Assembly (NCBI GenBank): GCA_030649165.1
Contig: JAUSGG010000024.1
Coordinates: forward strand, 7,005-71,004
Reading direction: 5' to 3'
Length of the DNA: 64,000 bases
Source of the DNA: Armatimonadota bacterium
GTDB lineage: Bacteria > Armatimonadota > UBA5829 > JAUSEB01
Translations under genes and position numbers: made by a program
The notes under the pieces: model-generated
What the model saw: only the letters and a program-made list of their open reading frames with translations
What the model was told of the DNA's origin: nothing
The model's database searches: none
Part shown: piece by piece, positions 48,164 to 56,209 of the stretch
Numbering within the stretch: the stretch's first letter is position 1
Layout of the letters: the number at the start of each line of letters is the position of its first letter

Positions 48164-48718
48164 ATGGACCAACATCAGGATATAGCTCAGGTGCTCATAA
48201 CCGAGCAAGAGATATCGAATCGCATCAAGGAACTGGGGATCGAGATTTCCAGGGACTATGACGGCAAAGAGCTTGTCCTCGTAGCCATACTAAAGGGGGC
48301 CGCGATATTCCTGGCCGATCTCGTCAGGGAAATATCGATACCGCTTTCCTTTGATTTCGTCGCCATTTCCAGCTATGGGGCGGACAGCCGATCGTCCGGT
48401 GTGGTGAGGCTTCTGAAAGACCTGGACGAAAGTATCGAAAGCAAACACGTATTAGTTGTAGAGGACATCGTGGATACCGGTTGGACTCTGCGACTCAGCT
48501 ACATAGTGGAGAATCTTCGCTCGCGCAAGGCCGCCAGCGTCCGCGTATGTACTCTTCTCGATAAGCCTAGTCAACGCAAGTTAGATGTGGGTATAGATTA
48601 CTACGGATTCACCGTTGAGGATAAGTACGTGGTTGGATACGGCCTCGATTTCAACGGAAAATACCGTAATTTGCCCTACATCGGGGCGCTGAAGCCGGAA
48701 GTTTACGGCGGAGGATAA
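48164..48718 (+). CDS. hpt: Hypoxanthine phosphoribosyltransferase
   Basis: ILKGA, SSYG, VEDIVDTG, VVGYGLD and RNLPYI. Confidence 0.96.
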   Translation: MDQHQDIAQVLITEQEISNRIKELGIEISRDYDGKELVLVAILKGAAIFLADLVREISIPLSFDFVAISSYGADSRSSGVVRLLKDLDESIESKHVLVVEDIVDTGWTLRLSYIVENLRSRKAASVRVCTLLDKPSQRKLDVGIDYYGFTVEDKYVVGYGLDFNGKYRNLPYIGALKPEVYGGG

Positions 48719-48738
48719 AAAAAGTCTGGTTGCAGCGC

Positions 48739-48767
48739 TAGACAAAACGCCGCAATGTGTCTATAAT
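48739..48767 (+). promoter_or_regulatory. Sigma70-type promoter of rho, followed by a ~190-nt leader
   Basis: TAGACA-17 bp-TATAAT. Confidence 0.7.
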
Positions 48768-48959
48768 ATATAATGTTGGACTTGATGAATCCTCGTCCAA
48801 CGTGCGCCCCGATTGAGCGGGGCCTTCTTGCAACCATCTGCTTGTTGGTCCCTGTGAGTACAGGCAACCCAAGTTTGTTATTTTTCTATCGCCCTGCATA
48901 TTACCAGATGTGTACGCGCGAGATAACCTATTCCCATTTATTTATCCCATGCCAAAGAG

Positions 48960-50240
48960 GTGACGACAGTGGAGGCGCTACAATTAGCGGAACTCGAAAC
49001 TAAGAGCCTGGAAGAGCTTCAGGATATTGCGAAGGAGCTCGGGATCGAAAACGGCAACGGAAAGAAGCAGGATCTCGTATTCAAGATACTGCAGACACAG
49101 ACCGAGCAAAGCGGTCTCATCTTCGATCAGGGCTGTCTGGAAACCCTTCCCGACGGGTGGGGGTTCATGAGGCACAACAACTTTGCGCCGGCTGCGTCCG
49201 ACGTCTATGTGTCCCTGTCGCAGATCAAGAGGTTTGGTCTGAGGACGGGCGATTCCGTGTCGGGACAAGTGCGTCCGCCGAAGGACACGGAGAAGTACTA
49301 CAGCCTGCTGCGGGTCGAGGCCGTGAACAGCCAGGACCCGGAGACCTCGCGGCAGCGCAAGAATTTCGACGATCTGATCCCGATATACCCCAACGAGCAC
49401 ATAATACTGGAAACCTCGGCGGAAAACATATCGGCCAGGTTCATCGATCTCATTGCTCCGATCGGCAAAGGTCAGCGGGGACTCATCGTCGCGCCGCCAA
49501 AGGCAGGCAAGACCACGCTGCTCAAGACCATCGCGAACAGCGTCACCAAGAACCATCCGGAGATATACCTGCTCGTCCTGCTCATCGACGAGCGTCCCGA
49601 AGAGGTCACGGACATCAGGCGGTCGGTTGACGGCGAGGTCGTGAGTTCCACGTTCGACGAACTGCCCGAAAACCACATGCGCGTTGCGGATATGGTTCTG
49701 GAGAAATCCAAGAGGATGGTGGAGTCCGGCAAGGACGTTATGGTGCTGCTCGACAGCATAACCAGGTTGTCCCGCGCATCCAACCTCACAGTTACGCCCA
49801 GCGGCCGGACACTCTCCGGCGGTTTGGACCCATCCGCGCTCTACAGGCCAAAGAGATTCCTCGGCGCGGCCCGCAACATCGAGGAAGGCGGAAGCCTTAC
49901 CGTTATCGCGACCGCGCTGGTGGAAACCGGCAGCCGCATGGACGACGCCATTTTTGAAGAGTTCAAGGCTACCGGCAATATGGAACTGGCTCTTGACCGG
50001 AACCTGGCCGAGCGGAGGATTTTCCCCGCGGTCGATATCAAGAGGTCCGGGACGCGTCACGACGAGCTTCTTTTCGACCGCGACACTCTGCAGCGCATCT
50101 GGCAATTGCACAGGCTCTTGGCCGCGCTCGGGGTGGTGGAGGCGACGGAACTTCTCATCGACCGGCTGGCTCATACCAAGTCAAACAAGGAATTCCTGAA
50201 GATAGTCGATAAGACTATGAAGAGCAGCGATCTCGATTAG
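48960..50240 (+). CDS. rho: Transcription termination factor Rho
   Basis: [36 protein letters not shown] and [11 protein letters not shown]. Confidence 0.98.
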   Translation: MTTVEALQLAELETKSLEELQDIAKELGIENGNGKKQDLVFKILQTQTEQSGLIFDQGCLETLPDGWGFMRHNNFAPAASDVYVSLSQIKRFGLRTGDSVSGQVRPPKDTEKYYSLLRVEAVNSQDPETSRQRKNFDDLIPIYPNEHIILETSAENISARFIDLIAPIGKGQRGLIVAPPKAGKTTLLKTIANSVTKNHPEIYLLVLLIDERPEEVTDIRRSVDGEVVSSTFDELPENHMRVADMVLEKSKRMVESGKDVMVLLDSITRLSRASNLTVTPSGRTLSGGLDPSALYRPKRFLGAARNIEEGGSLTVIATALVETGSRMDDAIFEEFKATGNMELALDRNLAERRIFPAVDIKRSGTRHDELLFDRDTLQRIWQLHRLLAALGVVEATELLIDRLAHTKSNKEFLKIVDKTMKSSDLD

Positions 50241-50301
50241 CTGAAACCCTCGCCGGGTAACTTAGAATCGAGTAGAAGCAATCAGCGAGAGGAAGCGCGA
50301 C

Positions 50302-50853
50302 GTGGTAGAAGAGCCTGGATTTGAGGAAGAAGAGCCCGGAATCCCCGACGAGCCAATGGGCGGAGAGGGTTTCCCGGAAGGCGACATGGAAAGTATGCCG
50401 CCGCCGGGCGGCATGCCCGAAGACCGCGGCGAGCCGACCGAAGAGCACGAAGTCAAGGTCATGGGCGTCTATGAGCAGCAGGAGCAGGGAGGCCGCTCGA
50501 CTGCGTTCGTGCTGCTCCGGGATAACCTCGGCCGCTCCGTCCTCATAATGATAGGCAAGTTCGAAGCGTTCGCCATTTCCATCGCGCTCGAAGGAAAGAG
50601 CGCCGACCGGCCTATGACTCACGACCTCATAAACAACATTATCTCCCGCATGGGTGGCAAGGTCGATCGAATCCTCGTAGACGATCTCTTCCAGAGCACT
50701 TACTACGCCAAGATCGACGTAGCCATAGACGGCAAAGTCGTCCAAATCGACTCCCGCCCCAGCGACGCTATCGCCGTTGGAATTCGGGCAAAAGCCCCGA
50801 TCTTCATGGCGGAGTCCGTGCTGCAACAGGCGGCGGTGCAGGAAGACATTTAG
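50302..50853 (+). CDS. Bifunctional nuclease family (DUF151) protein with acidic N-terminal extension
   Basis: IGKFEAFAI, RPMTHDL and DSRPSDAIA. Confidence 0.9.
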   Translation: MVEEPGFEEEEPGIPDEPMGGEGFPEGDMESMPPPGGMPEDRGEPTEEHEVKVMGVYEQQEQGGRSTAFVLLRDNLGRSVLIMIGKFEAFAISIALEGKSADRPMTHDLINNIISRMGGKVDRILVDDLFQSTYYAKIDVAIDGKVVQIDSRPSDAIAVGIRAKAPIFMAESVLQQAAVQEDI

Positions 50854-50883
50854 AGGTTGGAAGTTAGAGGTTAGAGGTTAGAA

Positions 50884-50912
50884 GGCCCCGGCGATCACGC
50901 CGGGGCTTTTTT
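50884..50912 (+). terminator. Rho-independent terminator
   Basis: ggccccggcg-atca-cgccggggct followed by a T run. Confidence 0.85.
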
Positions 50913-50970
50913 GCTGTAGTCCCGGAAGAACAAGCCGAAGCATCGGGAACACCGGCAAGTGAGGGGCATG

Positions 50971-51021
50971 GGTTCAGGGGAGAACGCAGATGAACACAGA
51001 TATCCGCCGATGAACGCGGAT
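50971..51021. repeat. GAACGCAGATGAACACAGAT-type repeat
   Basis: Copy at ~54221-54271; reverse copies at ~29221, ~54344 and ~56162. Confidence 0.75.
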
Positions 51022-51186
51022 GGGAGGATTGCGGGCACTGCAGGAACTGACTTCGGGTCAGCGCCGGACGTTGGATGATGGAGGCCGTTCCCGCGGGATA
51101 GAACTGTTGCGCGTCCTTCGGCAGCGTCGCTGCCGCTTTGCTACCGAAGGATCGGATACTCGCCGTTCGTCCCGAACGTGCGCAGA

Positions 51187-51450
51187 TTATGCCCGGTACG
51201 CCTCATCCCGGCGCAGCGCGCCATACACCCGCACCAATCGGAGATCGTCGTGAATACGATAGAGGATTCTGTAATCGCCCACGCGGATTCTCCACGCAGG
51301 CTCGCGCTGTCCTTTGAGTTTCGAGCATCCTTCCAGACGTGGATCAGCCTGCAGATGCTCCAGTTGCTCGATAATGCGCTCTCGAACAGTGGGCTGCAGC
51401 GACTCGATCTGCTTGGCCGCCCTGTGATCGACTTCGACGCGATATCTCAC
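51187..51450 (-). CDS. RelE/ParE-family toxin
   Basis: KLKG..WRIRVGDYRILY..RRDEAYR. Confidence 0.92.
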   Translation of the reverse strand: MRYRVEVDHRAAKQIESLQPTVRERIIEQLEHLQADPRLEGCSKLKGQREPAWRIRVGDYRILYRIHDDLRLVRVYGALRRDEAYRA

Positions 51451-51659
51451 GACGCTTTCTTCAGCAAGCTCTTTTGGAGTTCGTTCAGACCGACAAATCC
51501 CTGCGATGAGGCTTCTGCTTCGTCAACATACTGAGCGTCACGGAGATCCTCAAGTTCGCGAACCATCGCGTCGAATTCGCCGATGGGCAGGACGATTGCT
51601 GTTCGTCTTCCTTTTCCGTCTACGATGTATTTTGCACGTGTCTTGGTTGTCATGACCAC
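51447..51659 (-). CDS. Cognate antitoxin
   Basis: 70 aa, overlaps the toxin start; YIVDGKGRRTAIVLPIGEF..ELEDLRD. Confidence 0.8.
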   Translation of the reverse strand: MVMTTKTRAKYIVDGKGRRTAIVLPIGEFDAMVRELEDLRDAQYVDEAEASSQGFVGLNELQKSLLKKAS

Positions 51660-51746
51660 TCCTATGCCAAGTGTATTTTACCACATGGCATCTGAGTTTG
51701 CAGGCGCCTTCGGGAAGCGTCGGCATTCTGCGGCTGATGGCTCGTT

Positions 51747-51822
51747 GTTTGGGGATTTGAGGAGCGCCGCCGAACGTATCGCCGCATACACCAAGTGAAC
51801 TGCGCTCCGGAAATCCCGAAAC
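51747..51822 (+). repeat. GTTTCGGGATTT hairpin element (AGCG subtype)
   Basis: gtttggggatttgaggagcg-N36-cgctccggaaatcccgaaac. Confidence 0.88.
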
Positions 51823-52070
51823 CGACTACGCTACAAGAGGAGAATTGTGGCCCATCGCCTAAGACTTTGCTTGGCGCACCGAAACAACGGAAAATCCGCT
51901 TTTAGGCGTGACGCAACCAGAAAAAGCAGATTCCTCCACTTCGGTCGGAATGACATTCCCGCGAAACTGAACTCACTCCTGAACAGTTGTCCTGTTCTCG
52001 TTTCCTTTCACTTCCGCTATAATGGCTGAGGTATTGCCGCCCGCGGGTTCAAGCGCCGGCGTAGGAGGAA

Positions 52071-52838
52071 ATGTTGTCTGAGCTGATCGAATCTCCCTAT
52101 CCCAATGGCTGCCGCGGCGCCGTGTCGCTGACGTTTGACGACGGTCTGGACTGTCACCTCGACATCGCCGTGCCCGCGCTCAATGACCGCGGGCTGCCGT
52201 CAACGTTCTACGTTGTCGCGCGGGAGATGACGGCGGGCGCCGATGATTGGAAAGATCGGGCCGCGAAATGGAAGGAAGTCGTTCGCCAGGGCCACGAGAT
52301 CGGCAACCACTCCGTCTCGCATATATGAAGCACGGGTTTTAGCAGCTCCCGGGTGGAGCGCAGTCTGGAAAACGTATCGCTTGAGGAGATCGAGGCGGAC
52401 GTGCTGGAAGCGGAGCGCAGGCTGAACGAAGCGCTTGGGCCGGCCCAGCGGAGTTTCTCCTACCCCTGTTACCAGGCTTATGTGGGCGACGGTCTGACGC
52501 GGCGGTCCTACGTGCCGGTTATCGCCCGGCATTTCACGGCCGCGAGGGGCAGAGGCGAGTACGCCAACTATCCGCTGACTTGTTCGCTTACGTATTTGTG
52601 GTCGTATCCGGTGGAGGAGATGACGGGGCCGCGGATGATCGATCTGGTCAAGCGCGCCGTTTCAAACGGACAGTGGCTCATACTGACGTTTCACAGCATT
52701 GGCGACGGGCATCTTCCGGTTGCCCAAAACACGTTTGTGGAAGTGTGCGATTTCCTGGCGCGGAATCGCAGTGATATCTGGGGCGCGCCGGTCGTCGAGG
52801 TCGCGCGCCGGGTTGCTGATTGGCGGAAGTCGGCGTGA
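52071..52838 (+). CDS. Polysaccharide deacetylase (NodB/CE4) with an in-frame TGA at 52326: candidate selenoprotein or pseudogene
   Basis: ORFs 52071-52328 and 52353-52838 share one frame; TFDDG, HEIGNHSVSH, FSYP and LTFH motifs span the TGA. Confidence 0.85.
52342..52361 (+). promoter_or_regulatory. SECIS-like stem-loop
   Basis: GC-a-GCTCC-[CGGGT]-GGAGC-GC; the loop starts 21 nt after the TGA. Confidence 0.5.
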
Positions 52839-52867
52839 CTGATTTCAGATCGCGGTTATACTCGGCC

Positions 52868-52949
52868 GTTTCGGGATTTCCGGGTTGGGAGCTGCAAAGT
52901 TTCCCTGGATAGCCGATAGGTTTAACGCCCCAACCCTCAAATCCCGAAA
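52868..52949 (-). repeat. GTTTCGGGATTT hairpin element, reverse orientation
   Basis: gtttcgggatttccgggttggg-N38-cccaaccctcaaatcccgaaac. Confidence 0.9.
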
Positions 52950-52995
52950 CACCGGGAAACACGAAATAAAGAACATGAGAGAAGAGGTAGGTTAG

Positions 52996-54210
52996 ATGGC
53001 GAAATTGGCGGTTTTGGGTGGAACGCCCGTAGCGGAGAACGGGATGCATGTGGTCTGGCCGGAGATCGGCGACGAAGACCGAGAGGCGTTGCTGCGGACC
53101 TTCGAGTCGCGCAATTGGTGCAGGTTTGGGCTCCCCGACGACATCTGCGAGGCGGCCAAGTTTGAGCGCGAATGGGCAGCCTACCACGACGCGAAGCGAT
53201 GCATAGCCGTCAATAACGGCACCGCGGCGTTGATGTGCGCCTTCCGAACGCTCGGTATCGGTCACGGCGATGAAGTCATCGTGCCCGCGATCACGTTCAC
53301 GGCGACCTCGGACGCGGTGGCGTTATGTGGAGCAGTTCCCGTGTTTGTGGATATGGACCCCGAGACCTACCAGATCGATGCCGGCGCCGCGGAGGATGCG
53401 ATTACAGGGAAAACAAAGGCCATCTGCGCAGTCCATTATGCCGGTTATCCCGCTGACCTCGATCGACTGTCGGCATTGTCGGCGAAGACGGGCATTCCGG
53501 TCATCGAAGATTGCGCCCACGCCCAGGGAACGGCCTGGCGCCGGAAGAAGGTCGGCGCCCACGTCACGGCCGGCTGCTTCAGCTTCCAGCAGAGCAAGAG
53601 CCTGGCCTCGGGCGAAGGCGGCGCCGTAGTCACCGACAACGACGATTTGGCCGATGCGCTTTGGGCCGTCCACAACCTTGGCCGGACCATGGAAGCAAGG
53701 CGGTATGACCATACGGCTCTCGGTTACAATTTCCGTCTATGCGAGTTCGAGGCCACGATCCTGCGCACTCAGCTCAAACGTCTGCAGGAACAGACTGAAC
53801 GCCGGATGCGGAACGGCGCGGTTCTGGGGGAAGCGATAAACGCGACTGAGGGTCTCCGGACTCTCAAGGCGGACGACCGCATCACCCAGCGCGGCTACTA
53901 TTTCTACATAGTCCGCTACAACGCCGACGAGTGGGGCGGCATCCACCGTAACAAGTTCATTAAGGCGATGTGCGCCGAGGGGGCGCACTCGTTTGCCGCC
54001 TACGGCCAGCCTGTGCACCAAAACGCCAGCTACATCAACGGAGTTGTCCCGCACCGCGTCGCCGGCTGCCCCAATGCCGAGCGCGCCGCCGCGGAGGAGC
54101 AGGTCGCCTTCGGAAGCCACGCGCTGCTCGACAAGGCAAACGTGCGGATCATCATCGACTCCCTGGTGAAGGTCAGGGAGAACCTGGATGAGCTGCGGCG
54201 GGTGGAGTGA
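52996..54210 (+). CDS. DegT/DnrJ/EryC1/StrS-family PLP aminotransferase
   Basis: GDEVIVPAITF, IEDCAHAQG and FSFQQSKSLASGEGG. Confidence 0.93.
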   Translation: MAKLAVLGGTPVAENGMHVVWPEIGDEDREALLRTFESRNWCRFGLPDDICEAAKFEREWAAYHDAKRCIAVNNGTAALMCAFRTLGIGHGDEVIVPAITFTATSDAVALCGAVPVFVDMDPETYQIDAGAAEDAITGKTKAICAVHYAGYPADLDRLSALSAKTGIPVIEDCAHAQGTAWRRKKVGAHVTAGCFSFQQSKSLASGEGGAVVTDNDDLADALWAVHNLGRTMEARRYDHTALGYNFRLCEFEATILRTQLKRLQEQTERRMRNGAVLGEAINATEGLRTLKADDRITQRGYYFYIVRYNADEWGGIHRNKFIKAMCAEGAHSFAAYGQPVHQNASYINGVVPHRVAGCPNAERAAAEEQVAFGSHALLDKANVRIIIDSLVKVRENLDELRRVE

Positions 54211-54379
54211 CGGAGACTTAGGTTCAGGGGAGAACGCAGATGAAGACGGATGTCCGCCGATGAACGCGGATTGTTGAGACTTCAATCCTGCGCTTCGTCT
54301 GGAATGTGACGTTCCCTGCTTCGCGACGAGGCCGTTCCGCGTTAATCTGCGTTCATCGGCGGTTTCAAATGCTCCCGTC

Positions 54380-54811
54380 TCAAGCCCGCGCGTGGCGTGG
54401 GCCGATATGCGCTCCGGCTCTGGTTGCCGCGTATATTATCGCTATACCGATGGCCGCGCGGATGAGTCCTGCCACCCACGTCATCGTCACCTGCGAGCCG
54501 TGCGGGCGGTTCAGGAAGAACCCGTAGACCGAGTCCCGCATACCTGCCGGGTTGATTAGCAGCGCGACACCGCCGAGAGTCATCAATACTCCCAGGATAA
54601 GCACGAACGGCCTGAGCCCCACAAGACGCCGCACTGCGGCCAGTGTCAGCACGATCCCGATTGCCAGAGCGACGACACCCACGATCCGCAGACCCTGCGC
54701 GCTCAGTATCGAGGGCATGACCCGCAGCCACCAGGACACCGCCGCGACCTGGGACAGGCCCACAAGAGCCACAAGCGCTCCAACAATAAGCACGATTCGA
54801 CGTAGAACCAT
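54380..54811 (-). CDS. Small four-TM membrane protein
   Basis: RBS GGAGGGTG before the ATG; four hydrophobic segments. Confidence 0.65.
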   Translation of the reverse strand: MVLRRIVLIVGALVALVGLSQVAAVSWWLRVMPSILSAQGLRIVGVVALAIGIVLTLAAVRRLVGLRPFVLILGVLMTLGGVALLINPAGMRDSVYGFFLNRPHGSQVTMTWVAGLIRAAIGIAIIYAATRAGAHIGPRHARA

Positions 54812-55022
54812 GATTTCACCCTCCGTCGTGGGAGAAGGAGTCGGAAGAGTCGGCGGAGTCGAACGAGTCGGAGGTTTGCCTCCGCACATTCCCGACATCG
54901 GGGCGCACATCTCCCATTTGAACTACGGATTCGTCTGTCCGCCGGTTCCTTGACTCATCCGGCGCCCCAGGCGGCCGAAGTAGAAACGTAGGCGGACAAG
55001 AGTCGAAGGAATCGGACCGATA

Positions 55023-55058
55023 GGACTGATGGGACTGATGGGACTGATGGGACTGATA
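55023..55058. repeat. 9-bp tandem repeat (GGACTGATG)x4
   Basis: Seen directly, just downstream of thyA. Confidence 0.85.
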
Positions 55059-55063
55059 GTAGA

Positions 55064-55918
55064 CTACAGCCCCTTCCTTCCGCTCACCTTCTCCGCCTCC
55101 AGCGAGTCGGCGATCTGCTGCCGGGCCTCGTCAATAATGTCCTGGACGTCTTCCGTTGAGAACACGCGCTGGTCGAAGGACCTGTTTTCGAGGGTTTTCA
55201 GGAACGCCTCGAACTCCTCGAAATACGAGCCGTATATGTGGAATGAATCGGCGATGTGCGTGTACTGGCCGGGACGGATTTCACGGCCAAGCTCCCTGGT
55301 GAGCCGTTCGGCGACGGCGCGCTGGAGATCGGTGAAGGCGTACATATTCATAAAAGCGGCCTTGAACGCGTCGTTGCTGCGCATGTGGGCGTTCAAGACA
55401 AGCTCATCTCCGTAGACGCGGAACCACAGCCGCTGCAGGCAGGCGGGGTCGGCGATTCCCGTGTCCTCCCACGGTTTCCAGGTGATGGCCTGGGCGCGGC
55501 GGGTGTGCGGGGCTTTGATCAGTTCTTGCGTCAACCGCTCGATCTGGTCAATCGGCTCCGACAGGCCGGGGACCGAATACGCCGCGAGGCGTTCGTGGTA
55601 GGTATACTCCCACTTGCCGGCCGCGGGATCGACCCAGTGGTCGTGAATGCCGTCCACCATCTCCTGCCGATAGGCTTCGAGCTCCACGATCCCTCCGGGG
55701 AAGCAGCGGTGAATGCGCGGCTCGGCCATCGAGTCTTCGACGACGATCACCGCAATAGCATCGCGGCTGGGCGGATCGCCCGGTTTGTCGTACTGGGTGG
55801 CGATCGCCGCGCCTTCACGCCACGTCCTGACGACGGCGTTCTCCCACGCTTCGGGCAGCGTCCGCGCCGAGACCGAGATTACGGGAAGTGTTTGAGTCAT
55901 TTGTTGAGTCTCCTCCAA
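55064..55918 (-). CDS. thyA: Thymidylate synthase (short/archaeal-like ThyA)
   Basis: YTYHERL, TRRAQAITW, catalytic DPACLQ, MRSND..N and SFHIY. Confidence 0.8.
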   Translation of the reverse strand: MEETQQMTQTLPVISVSARTLPEAWENAVVRTWREGAAIATQYDKPGDPPSRDAIAVIVVEDSMAEPRIHRCFPGGIVELEAYRQEMVDGIHDHWVDPAAGKWEYTYHERLAAYSVPGLSEPIDQIERLTQELIKAPHTRRAQAITWKPWEDTGIADPACLQRLWFRVYGDELVLNAHMRSNDAFKAAFMNMYAFTDLQRAVAERLTRELGREIRPGQYTHIADSFHIYGSYFEEFEAFLKTLENRSFDQRVFSTEDVQDIIDEARQQIADSLEAEKVSGRKGL

Positions 55919-56029
55919 GTTGAGATTGAGAGTTTAGAGTTGAGAGAGCCGGCTTGCCCTCAGGTCGGCCCAGCAGAGCCGGAACCGGAATCTATCACGA
56001 AAGCACGAAAACACGAAATCGGAGCGGTT

Positions 56030-56108
56030 GTTTCGGGATTTCCGGGTTGGGATGCAAGGTTCTTCTTTAACCCTATAGGTATGACCCCCAACCCTCAAAT
56101 CCCGAAAC
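56030..56108 (-). repeat. GTTTCGGGATTT hairpin element, reverse orientation
   Basis: gtttcgggatttccgggttggg-N35-cccaaccctcaaatcccgaaac. Confidence 0.9.
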
Positions 56109-56209
56109 ACCGGACGCACTTGCGCATGAGAGGCCTACGCCGAACCACGTGTTTCGTTCGTATCGGCGTTCATCTGTGCGCATCCGTGTTTATCTGTGTT
56201 CTTCTTCAA

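Noticed and set aside
24345-56108. Hairpin elements as CRISPR repeat-spacer units (GTTTC..GAAAC ends, 35-38 nt centres)
   Set aside because: The arms are inverted rather than direct, copies are solitary, centres within a subtype are visibly related, and no cas genes are in the window.
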